Below are positions 25,401 through 38,271 of a stretch of 64,000 bases of DNA, piece by piece. Below the pieces are notes generated by a model, which worked only from the letters and a program-made list of their open reading frames with translations, made no database searches and was not told the origin of the DNA. The position numbers were made by a program, and so were the translations under genes. Source of the stretch: Balanoglossus misakiensis. Lineage: Eukaryota > Animalia > Hemichordata. The stretch covers positions 5,810,831 through 5,874,830 of the forward strand of contig CM082578.2 in assembly GCA_040954595.2 (NCBI GenBank), written 5' to 3'. The stretch's first letter is position 1; every line of letters starts with the position of its first letter.

Positions 25401-28400
25401 CTTTATCATTTGTTTCCTTGTATGCAACCCTAACGTGTGCAGTCCGGTGTAATGACTATAGTGCATGCACACAAAAGAGACTGTTATCTGACCCAAACTT
25501 TCTATAATGAAAAGCAAAATGCAGTTGCTTAAGAGATTATCCGATTTAGCTGAATCAAGTAGGGGTGCAACACCGGCGTCGTATTCTGTCCATTGCATGA
25601 CTGACGTGGCATGGCAAACATATCATAGGTTTCGTCTATATAGCCACGCACGATACACATTTAGATTATATCATCAAAACTAATGTCATTAACTGGCAAA
25701 ACTCACCCTACCTTCGTCGAACCAGATAATACTGCAAATTCAAAGGATGTTCACTACTAACAGAATCAGTATCATCAGATTACAGTCACCTATTAACCCT
25801 CGGAAGCAAAAAACGTGCAATGAATACGTCCTGGCAGTAGTCCGCCAAGAATTGATACTCCACGCTATTCAAGCAAACAGAAAGAAACTTGGCGAAGTGA
25901 ACCATGATCTCTCAATGACGCTTTGTCATATGTCTGATTTAACAACACCGCTGACACATCATTACTTCACCGTGATGTCATCCACACGGACGGTACATGT
26001 ATACGAAACATGTTAGGACATACATAACTCGGCCGGATGCTTATGACAGGTAAACTCTACAACCATGCCAATGAACATTCGTCGAATATAATCACCATTT
26101 GTAACGCCCGACCTACACCCTAGAGACAACTAGCTATATGGCAAGCAGAAGTCCACAGTACTTTATCGCTGAAATCTAAACAGCAACACAACAGACAGCA
26201 ACGTACGATAAGATGTACATGTATAGATGTGGCAACTTCTGGCAAGCTAGAAACAGATGCCCCCTTCAGCTGAGTCGGGATGGTAATCAGCGAATGTTCC
26301 AATCATATATCAAGTCTTATTTTTGCGGAACACCAATCACCGGTTGGTCCTGTGGCAATCTAGACTATCCCAGTCCAAAATCTGTAACTCAAACGGGTTT
26401 AATGAACCTATATTATAATGTCAGTTGTGGGTAACTACAATCAACATTTGACGAACTCGTATACATTACATTATTTGTGGATATTTTCTCGATGATTCGC
26501 ACCAAGATTGCGATTTTGCATTTTCTGCTGCGGCTGTTATAAAATATGTGAACAAATAATTGTTTTAGTTACATCCCAAAATTTGACTGCAATGCAAAGG
26601 AGTCGCCGGATAAAAAACAATGTTTACATAAATCCGCGCATTATGTACATACATGTAGTCAGATAGTCATGAGATACTGAATGATTACATTTTGTGACCG
26701 AATTTGAACATATTTCACACATTCCTTCTATGCAGGTTTGTCATTTTGACCGTTAATGCAGCACACGATGGCCGCTAAAGTCTTACCATCTGACCCTTTG
26801 ATTAAAGGTATACTGTTATCTACACACAGCATTCAAATTCCAATTAGTAATTTGATCACACAGGTGAAGATACGTTGGAGCTTTTGCGAATATGCCGAAT
26901 GCAGACTGAACAAATGTTATACACTGCATATTATCCCTCAGAAGATCATGACAGATGCTTTACAATTTTTGTCAGAGTAGTTGTATGCAAGCACAGAATA
27001 AATGACAAGACCGTGGTCTAATGGTTTTAAAATCATTTGATCAATGCTTTTACATTTAGTCTACTTCTGTCAGACTTCTGTCATCTGAATATCAATACAG
27101 TTCTTTCGAAACCGATCATTAGGAATCAATGGCGTTTACGTTTAGATGGCTAGGGTACACGAAATCAGTCAGACACTCAAGGCCAAATATGCAGTGGACG
27201 ACATACTCAACGCGGTAAAGACCTGCATGCAGATTGCAATCACAAAGATAGCTGACTACTAGTTAGAGCCAATCGGTGAAATCGTACGACTGCAGGCCAG
27301 GAGAATAAATATTTGTCGTCTAGACGACAGTGTCGGAAGTATGGTGCCTTTTACAACGCGAAATCGGCGTACTGTCTCGACCTAGGTTAACTAGCAGGGT
27401 TATCAGAGCTAACGGAAACTACATTTCACGGGACGTCGCTTTGTGGCAATAGAATATATGGTTTTGCACATTCTTTATCATTTGTACATATTTCTTAACG
27501 TATTTGCCCATTCAGTCACCTATATAATTTATGCAGTTGTGACAAATCAAATCACATGTGCGCATAACAAAATTCCAATTATTTTTTTCAAGTTAATAAA
27601 AATTAAAACAATATATTTTTCTTCCCTGTGACAACAGTGCACGATAAGTTGAAACAAAGTTTGAAAAACATACAAGTATATGTAGTGCAGGGCTAAAAGT
27701 ATGTATCATTGGCTAAGATTATTACTAATTCAAAGCTTTACAGAAAAAGAGGAGAATACAGTTACTTACAACTTTGTAAATTAATATTCGTATGGGATAC
27801 AGAATGTGCTGTCTTGCCTGTCGACTTGCTTCTGTACTCACACTTAGCCTAGCCCGAAGGATTTCAACAGGTAATTTACACGCAGATTTAAGAGATCGTG
27901 CCATTTTTTTTATTAATCCCTTATATTTCGTGACTATCTTGCAGTGAGTTGTCCTCCTGAAGTAGAGATTAAAGAAACTACATGGGCGGCTACTTTTGCT
28001 TGATATCTGGACATATTTTTCTTTAATTTGACCCCCCCCCCCTCCCCCTTTGCTACTAGGCTGAATGATAAGAGATAGACGATGGCTTCACTATCGTCGT
28101 TTTACGCACCTTGATACCAATATAATTGCAGTCTCATAATTGCAGTCTGTTGAGTATAGCTTTGCCAGTTTCTTCACCAGCCAAGATCATGTAGTTCATA
28201 GAATGAGTATTTTGCAGAGAGACAGTCACCTCTCTTGCATGTTACTATCGAGGCTACTGTATACACAAAGGCTTGTTTGTACATCATTCAAATACTCTGT
28301 TTCTGCTGGTAGATAATTGTAGCGAATTCTTTTACTGTTAAACTCTTAGAGATGGATATATGGTGGTTGCCACATGTGAGGGCAGGATTCGCTTACTATA

Positions 28401-29407
28401 TTTATGTAACAAGGTAACACCAATGTTGACATCTGGGGCTGCAACAATCTGTAAAGTTAGCGGCAGGGGGAGTTCAGACGATCTTGCAAAGTTCTAATAT
28501 CTCGATATACGTTTGTCACTGTCACTCTAGCCGTATTCACTTTCTTTTAAGAAAAAAAATCACCAAGAAGTCACTGCTTCACGCTAAAAATCAGTGAAAC
28601 AATTTGTATTCAATAATTTACAGTGTGCTGATTTTTTAACATTACCATGCTCAGGACATCACTCTCGATTTGCTGCTAAAACGGCGACCTAAAAATCCAG
28701 TCAGACCCTGTCTTCGTTTCTGTACGAGTCGTAAAGGTAAGTTAATGTACGTAAAACGGATGAATTATTGAATGAATTATATGGTTCATCGCTTGTATCT
28801 AATAATAGACAATCTATTCCACACATTCCCTAAATTCCAGTGAATTGTGTGCAATACTTACATGAAGGTCATACGTTTGTGTTCAGTTCCCCTGGGGTGA
28901 ATCAACTATATATAATTCAATACCTTACAGATCGACGGTAAAAACACATTACTCCCATTGGAAAAGTGGGTTGGAGTAATGACAAAGGGAAAGCGGTCGT
29001 TCAATCATGGGACATGCCGAAGCCATCTTTGACAATCGCGGCGTGTATTTGATGGACAAAAAATACTACCGCCATAATTGACAATCCAAACATTAATCTT
29101 TAATAACCGAAAATGTTACGTTGACAACTCGGCGTGTTTGGAAAGCGTCACTAGGGAAGGTGAAACGAGGTATAGTTTTTATTGTGACAGTTTATGGTGC
29201 ATTCTGATCAAACAACGCTCTCTTATCTCACACTTCCCTGCCTCAGAAAGTCGGATATGTCAACCGATCATCTGTTCCCTTGCGGATAATTTACTTCAGC
29301 AATTCTGGGAAATTCAGGTAGTAAATAACGCGCATGTCTAAAGTTCACAATTGAAAACAGGTGCGCCCCGGACAGAGCAAAGATTAAATACTATATATAG
29401 TATATGG

Positions 29408-29871
29408 GAATGACGTGTGAATTCAAACAGTTGCAATAACACCTCCAGTGTACAGACTGAAAAGGGCAATACCATTAACCCCAAGGACAGAGCTCCCGGG
29501 GTTAGTATTCTGTTTTTTTTAGTAAAACCCCCCAAAAATCCCGATATACGCTTATGGTCTTCTGCAAAATGCAGGTTAAAGCCAAACTCTACCGTAAATC
29601 AAACCGAGACCTTTTTTGCATTCGCCTTCAAACGATATAACTTGTACAAACGTGTAAACGAATGATATGTGATTTGAACAGTTGAAATAACACCTCCAGA
29701 GTACAGACCGAAAGGGCAATACCATTAACCCCGAGAACAGAGCTCCCGGGGTTAGTATTCTATTTTGTAGTAAGACAACAGTCAACGCTGATAGTCTACC
29801 ACAAAATGCAGGTTAAAGCCAAACGCTTACCGTTAATCAAACCGAGAACTTTCTGCATTCACCTGCAAACG
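29408..29871 (+). repeat. Tandem duplication, 2 copies, 252-bp period, each with a TAACCCC...GGGGTTA hairpin
   Basis: Shared blocks AAAGGGCAATACCATTAACCCC, ACAGAGCTCCCGGGGTTAGTATTCT and CAAAATGCAGGTTAAAGCCAAAC; units start at 29408 and 29660. Confidence 0.9.
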
Positions 29872-31434
29872 CTTTTTTCATAAGTATCATGATCTAGTGG
29901 ATAAATACAATTTATCTCTCAAAGAAACCGATCGCTGATGGCATCAGTGACATTTGTCTCTTAAGTGTGACTGTTTCCTCAGAGATTGACATATAAGAGA
30001 TGCCACGTTTGGGCAATGTCACCTACTCTTTTTGAACCACCTGATGTCGCTTCAAGGTCTGTGTGATGACAGAAGTCAGGATATTAAGTTACGGCAGTAG
30101 GTATATGCAATAACTTTATTTTAGAACTTCGTTCTGTGTTCCTTGTTGCTTCTGTGTGCTGGTATTGCGTTGTGTCTGCGTCGCAAACGTTGACGACGTA
30201 AATATTTTAGCGATGACATTTAGAATGGACGTGAGCATGAGTGTAAATATTTGATCTGTGCTTCCAAACATTACTTCTTTTTATAACAAAAAAAATGTTA
30301 CGCTCCTCGGTTTTTCGTTCGAATTTAGCACAGACCCATCAAATGTAATTGCGTAATTTCTTTTGAGGCGTTCAAGTTCATTTGAAGCGAATTTGAAGAT
30401 TATCCACGCAAATATTCAACTGACTACCTTACTTGCTTTGTAGATGGTCATGCTGACATCTGGTGGACCAGTGGCTTCATCAAAACGATACTCTTCGGAG
30501 AAATACGCCAAATGATGATAAAGTAGTACTTCACATTCAGTGCGCGCCCCACTTGACAGTAATACGCAGAGGAGTTATTACACAGGATGGTCTTATTTCA
30601 CATGAACCAGTTCCATTCCTTTGACAGCCACTCTCTCTCTATATAGGTTACAACTATATTATGCCACTTATACACGTACGTTATATCATTCGATACTTTT
30701 CTGTACACCTTCGGGCACGTTTGCTTATGTGCACGAGAGGTTTCGATACGACCACACGCAGATTCATCGAATCACTGCCTCGGTGTCGGATTCAAGAGCA
30801 CCTTTAGTTTTGTTGAAAGTTTCTGCGTATTTATCGGCATGACTTAAACCGAAGACACGAAATGTTAAATTCGATTGCAACTATACTTGATCTTGAAAAT
30901 AGCCTGTTAAGAACAGTTCACAGTATAGTATTTACTTAAGACAAAATTAAAAGCATACCCGAGATCATTTTATCGAATTGCAGCTCATGAAACTTTGATT
31001 AATTTGTGTTTTTATGTTTTTTGGGCCCGTAAGTGTTGATACGCATGCACTGTATTAATGCTGGGGGGGGGGGGGAACTTTAGGAAAAATATGTTTGCTT
31101 CATGTTCAGTCGTATAGATATGAGCACCACAACAAACTGTGTCGTGACTCTCCGATCCCTGTAGCACAAAAGGGAACACGAGCATGGTGATATGAAATCA
31201 CAAAGGTGAACGTGCAAAACGTGCCTTGAAGTAAACAGTGATGATCGTGATGCCCAAAGACATCTCTGCTGCGCGATTGTCAAATACATTGATACACTTT
31301 CATCACGCGAATGTGTTCTGTCATTATCTGTGGATGTGAAGAAAACAGCACAATATCATGCGTATTCTTGTTGGGGGCACAAGCGCCCTCAGGCGGCTTG
31401 TGCCCCCATTGTTATTGTTGGAATATTTCTTCTT

Positions 31435-34085
31435 TATTAGGGCCCAAGCGCACGCAAGCGCTTGGGCCCTATTGGTTTCGTTGGGGTTTTTTAGGGCCCA
31501 AGCGCAAGCCAGCGCTTGGGCCCTATTGGTTTCGTTGGGGTTTTTCTGTCTTTCTTTCTTTCTTTCTTTCTTTTTTCTTGTGTCAATTCTTTGTCGCTCT
31601 AGATCTCAGACACCGCTGCAGGTACACTTCTGAAACTTGCTACAGTGGTCAAGGTCAATGAGTAGATGTGCATTGAACCCTTGAATTTTTAATTGGTCAC
31701 GTGACCTGGCGGCCATATTGGATTTTCTGAAAAAATGCAAATCTTAGATCTCAGAAACTACAAGTCAGATCGACTTCAAATTTGGTGTGCAGGTAGTCTA
31801 CCTTCTACCCATCATTTTTGTAATTGGATATTTTGCTGTCAATGTTGCAGTTTTTTTGCTACAATTTTTTTTCTGAAATCCAGCTTAAATTTCAAAAATC
31901 TTCTTCTCTAGAACTGGTGATAACCGAGACACGGGGTTTGGGGTATGTAGTCACCTATCTGATGTCTATCAAGTTTGCGAAGATCTTTGTGATTGGTCGA
32001 AGATTATGGCGGCCATATTGGATTTTCGTAAAACCTTAGTAAAATTTCAAAAATCTTCTTCTCAAGAACCGGCGATAACCGAGTCACAAGATTTGGTGTG
32101 TGTGGTCATTAAACAGATGTCTATCAAGTTTGCGAAGAAGAATGTGATTGGTCGAAGATTATGGCGGCCATATTGGATTTTGTGAAAAACGATTAAAAAG
32201 TAAAAATTCCCTTTCTAGCCTAAAAATTGATAGCACAGAAATTCTTTTTATGGATATGAATCATCATATGACAAGAATATGCTATAAATATTTTGGTAAT
32301 TTTGGCAATGACCTTTGACCTACTTTTGACACATCATTTTTCTGCATATCTAATTCCAGGCTAACCAATAGGGCTATAAGTTTGGTTTTTGATGTATGTG
32401 GATTAGTGTGTGATCAAAATATTTTGCTACTTTTTGTGACCCCTTTGACCCCTGCTGACCTCATTAAATATGCACATACCTAATTAATGATGAACCAGTA
32501 GACCTAGAGGTTTTGTTTTTGTTATACATGGACCAGTATGGGGTCAAAATATTTTGCCTAAATGTTGGGTGACCTCGGGTGACCTTTGATCTACTTAACA
32601 CTATATCAGCATCAGATCAGATAATAGAGCTTGGGCCCGGACAATGCTGCTTGCAGCTTTAATCTTTCTTTCTTTTTTCTTGTGTCAATTTCTTCGGCCA
32701 ACGAGATCTCTGAAACTACTGCAGGTACACTTCTCAAACTTGCTACAGTGGTCAAGGTCAATGAGTAGATGTGCAGTGACTTGTGAATAATTAATTAGTC
32801 ACGTGACCTGGCGGCCATATTGGATTTTCTGAAAAAATTCAAATCTCAGATCTCAGAAACTACAAGTCAGATCGACTTCAAATTTGGCATGCAGGTAGAC
32901 TACCTTCTACCCATTATTTTTGTAATTGGAAATTTTGCTGTCAATGTTGCAGTTTTTTTGCTACAATTTTTTTTCTGAAATCTGGCTTAAATTTCAAAAA
33001 TCTTCTTCTCCAGAACCAGTGATAACCGAGACACGGGGTTTGGGGTATGTGGTCACCTAACTGATGTCTATCAAGTTTGCGAAGATCATTGTGATTGGTC
33101 GAAGATTATGGCGGCCATATTGGATTTTAGAAAAACCATAGTTAAACTCCAAAAATCTTTTTCTCCAGAACGGGCGATGACTGAGTCGCAAGATTCGGGG
33201 AGTATGGTCACTACACTGATGTCTATCAAGTTTGCAAAGAGCATTGTGATTGGTCGAAGATTATGGCGGCCATATTGGATTTTGTAAAAAGCAGTGAAAA
33301 ATTGAAATTCCTTTTTCTAGTCTAAAAATTGATAGCATACAAATTCTTTTTATGGATATCAATCGTCATGTGACTAAAATATGTTACAATTTTTTGGCGA
33401 TTTTTCACATGACCTTTGACCTACTTATCACGCGTTAGTATTTCTGCATATCTAATTCCAGGCTAACCTATCGGGCTAGACGTTTGGTTTTTGATGAATG
33501 TGGATTAGTGTGTGATCAAAATATTTTGCTACTTTTCATGACCCCTTTGACCTCTGCTGACCTCATTAATTATGTGCATAGCTAATTACAGGCGAACCAA
33601 TAGAGCTAGAGGTTTGGTTTTTGTTGGACACAGACCAGTATGAGATCAAAATTTTTTGCCCAAATGTTGCGTGACCTCTGGTGACCTTTGACCTACTTTC
33701 GCATATCTCAGCATCCAGAGCAGATACAGCCATGGCATTTGGTAGGATGGGACCAAAATGTAAAGCCACAATTTTGAGTCACCTGTGACACCTGCTGACC
33801 TCATTAAATATGCACATACCTAATTACAGGCGAACCAATAGAGCTAGAGTTTTGTTTTTTGTTGGACATGGACCAGTATGGGATCAAAATTTTTTGCCCA
33901 AATGTTGCGTGACCTCTGGTGACCTTTGACCTACTTCACCCTATTTCAGTAGCAAAAATACACACATCCCTGTTATGTCATCAGATAATACATACGATAG
34001 AAAATTCTGTTTTTTCTCATTCATACTGTGCATATATAATTCAAGATCAGCGCTTGGGCCCGACAATGCTGCTTGCAGCTTTAAT
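31435..34085 (+). mobile_element. HINE-like element B (middle of nest)
   Basis: Head TAGGGCCCAAGCGC...GCGCTTGGGCCCTA. T/(CTTT)n tract split by element C, with the body resuming at 32664. Tail GCTTGGGCCCGACAATGCTGCTTGCAGCTTTAAT at about 34052-34085. Internal tandem subrepeats. Confidence 0.8.
31491..32663 (+). mobile_element. HINE-like element C (innermost, uninterrupted, about 1.17 kb)
   Basis: Head TAGGGCCCAAGCGC...GCGCTTGGGCCCTA, (CTTT)n microsatellite, about 155-bp internal tandem units (TTTCAAAAATCTTCTTCTC...TTATGGCGGCCATATTGGATTTT), tail GCTTGGGCCCGGACAATGCTGCTTGCAGCTTTAAT (32629-32663). Confidence 0.85.
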
Positions 34086-35350
34086 TCTTCTTCTTCTTCT
34101 TCTTCTTCTTCTTCTTCTTCCGAGAAATTCGGCCAGGTAGATCTGGAAAACCGCTGCACCTAGGGGGCTGAAACTTGGTAGGGTGGTAGGGGCCAATGAG
34201 TAGACGTGCAGTGGCTCGTGAATATTTAATTAGTCACGTGACCTGGCGGCCATATTGGATTTCCTGAAAATCGTTAAATGAGTCCTTCTCTAAAACCACT
34301 GGGCCGATCGAGTTCAAATTTGGTGTGCAGGTAGCCTACCTTATGTCCATCATTTTACCCAATTGAAATCATGACGTCATACATAAAGTTTTTTTGCTAC
34401 AATTGTTTTTCTGAAAAACTACCTAAAACTTTAAAAATCTTCTTCTCCAGAACCAGCGGTTACCGAGTCTCGGGATTTGGGATATGTGGTCACCTAACCT
34501 ATGTCTATCAAGTTTGCGAAGCACACTGTGATTGGTCGATCATTATGGCGGCCATGTTGGATTTTCGGAAAACCATTGAAAAATGAAAATTCCGTTTTGT
34601 AGCCAAAATATTGACAGAACGGAAATTCTTTTTTTGGATATGAGTCATCATATGACCGGAAGTTGTCACAATTTTTCGGGGCAATTTTCACATGACCTTT
34701 GACCCAGTTTTAAAACAACTAATTATATATGCATATTCAACATACCTCCTCTTGTCAAAGCACCACAGTCATGAATTTTGTGGACATGGGTACCAATGCA
34801 GCCAGGACATGGCACAAATATTTTGGTAATTTTGGCAATGACCCTTGACCTATTTCTGAAACATCATTTTTCTGCATATCTAATTCCAGGCTAACCAATA
34901 GGGCTAGAGGTCTGGTTTTAGTTGGACATGGCCCACTCTGGGGTCAAAATTTTATGCCCAAATTTTGGGTGACCTTGGATGACCTTTGATCTACTTTCCC
35001 ATATCTCAGCATCCACAGCAGTTAGAGTCCTGGCTTTTGGGGGGCAGATGGAGCACATATGGAGTCTTACACAAGACCTCATTAATTATGCGCATACCTA
35101 ATTTTAGACGAACCAATAGAGCTAGGGGTCTTGTTTTTGTTGGACCTAGACTTATATGGGGTCCAATTTTTTTGCCCAAATTTAGGGTGACCTTAGGTGA
35201 CCTTTGACCTACTTTCCCATATCTTTGTATCCCCAGCAGATACAGCCGTGGCATTTGCTGGTCACCACGGGAACCGCTTGTGCCCCGCCAACGCTGCTTG
35301 CAGCTTTAATGTTATATTTTTATTGCTGAAACTACTTAGATTCTGAATAA

Positions 35351-35870
35351 AGTGGGTAAGGGACCGTAAAACATATACTTAAACTTCATGGACAGTTGTC
35401 TCGTTATTTGTGCTATTTGGATTGCCAAAAAGGTGTTTATTCGTGAGGAAATCTCGAAAAAAAAATTGAGAAATTTCAAAGGAACTCTGAACGTTTAGAC
35501 TTTATTTACAAAAATATAAATATAAAATCTTATACAAGACATCTGTCATGTACATCATATATGTATGAATAAGTTCTTTCATGAGTTCTGTATGCATTGT
35601 GAATGCAGCATAACAAGGTCATGCGTATTCTCGCGTAGTGCATTTATATATTTTGCTAAAATTAACGGTTTTGAGAAGAGTAGGTATACGAGGTCAGTGA
35701 GGGACTGCAAATGCTTGGCTTACACACTTTAAGCTTCAAGGACATTTGTCTCGTTATTTGTGCTCTTGAACTTGAACTGCTCAATAATGTCTATTGGGAT
35801 GGATCTCGAAAAGTCAGAACTTTAAAAGAACGCTCGTACTTTTTTTTCAAGAATCTCAAATACCAAATCT
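35351..35870 (+). repeat. Old diverged direct duplication, about 350-bp period
   Basis: AACTTCATGGACAGTTGTCTCGTTATTTGTGCT (about 35382) vs AGCTTCAAGGACATTTGTCTCGTTATTTGTGCT (about 35732), each followed by ATCTCGAAAA. Confidence 0.65.
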
Positions 35871-38072
35871 TTTTTTTTTCATATTAGTTTTTATGTTCAT
35901 TATGTGATTTGTTCTATCATGCTAAGAATATTATGCATTTGTTAATTAATGTCATTGTAAAATCCTATATTACACGTTAGTAAGTTAAGAAAAATGAGCA
36001 AATGTGAGTTATTGACTTTGGGAATCGGAGCGCGCAGATCTACTGGATATTAGTCCTTTGATGATCATTAAGAACCGATAATACTTGCTATTGCCCCCAG
36101 GTCGGCGATTGTTCGTGAGATCTATGAGATGTACACTATGGGGGTGGGTGGGAACTGCTATCGCATACATGAAAAACAACGATAACTCGTGAAAAAACGA
36201 TAACTCATGAAATATTGGGGCATAATGGAACTACCTAATGATACACTTTGCACATCTTACAGGAGCTGTACCGCTATTGTGTTTGTTTCTATAGTAACTT
36301 ATAGTAACTTATCAAGACGATTTACTGTAAGAGCTGCCTGTATATATTTTCTGTCACGGTACGACGGCAGTGAATACGGTCTCGATAAGTGAATATTCGG
36401 GGAAACAATTATCAAGTTTCCAACATATACAGTGTTCATTGTAGCCTCAGTGAGGAGATTGTACATAGTAGTTTATGTTTATCGGGTGTGATAGCATTAG
36501 ATAAGCTTACTATCTTTTCTGATCTTCGTCGTCTTGATATAGGCGATTGACACAGAACATGTAAGAGCAAATACAACACGCCGGGTGTAGCGAGGTGTGT
36601 GCTTGTGGGAATACTATGAGCATTCATGGCGAACGTAAAAACAGCAACAATATAAAGAAAAACAAAAGAATAAAATATATTTTCAAAATCAGTCTTAAAA
36701 TTGCGTTTATGTTTGCGTATCAGTTTTCAGGTCAAGCTATGTACATTTCAGGGATTACACAATAATGTCTATATGGCGCATGGTAACATATGCAAAAGTG
36801 TGATGTCTGCATGTATACGCATACTTCTTTAGTTGAACTGAGTCACGACTCTCCTGAATCGGCCACACTGCAAGCGCTGCTCATCTCTGGTAAACCGGCA
36901 AAGATAGAGCGGCACCGTTTCTGTGCACGAGATGGCTCATATCTGCCTTTTGGTTTCATCCTGCGGCGAACGTAGTTTCCGGACTCCGTGAAAGGAAACG
37001 TGCCTCTTGGGGCCCCGTTGATTGAAACCGTCGTCGAAGAGTGTTGCGAATAATTGGCTGCGTTTATCGCGTGAATGGAGCCCACACTTTAATGGTAAAT
37101 ATTTCAACTCTGCCAGTTCCTTGTAAGTCCATATTAAGGTTCCTTTCCTTTTGTGTACGCACCGGGTCTCAAAAGAAAAGAGGCTTGCAGAAGAATGAAG
37201 TGTGACGCAAAACCGAATGAAACTGCTGATGTAATAATACTGTACCGCGAACTGCAACGGATGAACGTCAGGCTCTCTATACGATGTACGGCATTAATCT
37301 TAAGATAAAGACGTTGAACAAGGCTGCGCTTTACCGTCTTTGGCGAAAGATTTGCTAGAGACGAAACTAATAATAATTTAATATCCAGTAAACGACAGGA
37401 CAAAACTGGACCGCATCTGTTTACTACTCTTTGGCCTACTTTAGTCACGTGACAAAGACATCATACGTCTTGACCACGTGTTACACCGTGAACAGCATAT
37501 ACAGCGTATGGGTGAAATTTGAACATTATGATCATTATATATTCCACAATTTGCCCAGTGGCGAATACATATTAAAGCCCCACTGTATATACGGAATCAT
37601 TTTCATAATTTTACAGTCAAACGAGAGGCGTCTCATGGAAAATGCTTACCCAGAGGCTAAACTTAGCTGGTTTTCAAATAGTAATGAGAGAGCTTGACAA
37701 ATATAAAATAGTGGACTAGAGTATGGCCGCCTCCAACCCAAGCACTGCAAGCGGAGAGCGTGTACCACATCCATTGTTGAAATCTCACCGTTGCGACTGC
37801 ATGTATCCTCCCGTCGACTCGGATTCTAGCTGTTAAATATCATTTTGTAACGAGCGTCTCAGTTCCTTGTCATGCGTTTGCATCCTGAAACTAGAGCATT
37901 GAATTTGCATCTGTATCGATCAATTTTATGTGTCGTGTTCGGCTACAACAAGAGTTGGGGATTTATTTGAGATCAAGAAATGGAAACAGTTCCGTTAACA
38001 GTAAGTTCGTTTGCAATAAAGCAATATACCAGATGCTTTATAGAGAATAACTGAACACTTAACCAGTATTAA

Positions 38073-38271
38073 AATGAAGCGGTCATCATCCGCAAATCCC
38101 TGAAATTAGATAAGTCTTAGAATGAATGAAGCAGCCAACCGTAGCTAAACTAGGCATGACAACAACTGAAGATCCTAGTAGGTCGTGGCGACTGCAGTGG
38201 GGCTTGCGCTGGTATGGGAGGACATATTCTCACCAAGGGGGACACCCACGCGGCGCAACGACCGCTTCCCT
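38073..38271. mobile_element. TTAA-type (Kolobok/T2-like) MITE, copy 2 of the same family
   Basis: TTAA at 38069-38072 and 38272-38275. TIR AATGAAGCGGTC / GACCGCTTCCCT. About 145 bp of body closely similar to 265-411 (e.g. TAGTAGGTCGTGGCGACTGCAGTGGG, GCGCTGGTATGGGAGGACATATTCTC). Confidence 0.75.

Larger units (their letters stand above)
31369..35310 (+). mobile_element. HINE-like element A (outermost of nest; own sequence about 31369-31434 plus 34086-35310)
   Basis: 5' hairpin GGGGGCACAAGC...GCTTGTGCCCCC. (CTT)n microsatellite split by element B. 3' subTIR GCTTGTGCCCC (35276-35286) matches this head specifically. Terminal palindrome GCTGC-TT-GCAGC then TTTAAT. Confidence 0.8.

Noticed and set aside
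31373-31545. Three spaced palindromic repeats resembling a CRISPR array
   Set aside because: Eukaryotic context, no cas genes, no unique spacers; explained as stacked 5' heads of nested elements.
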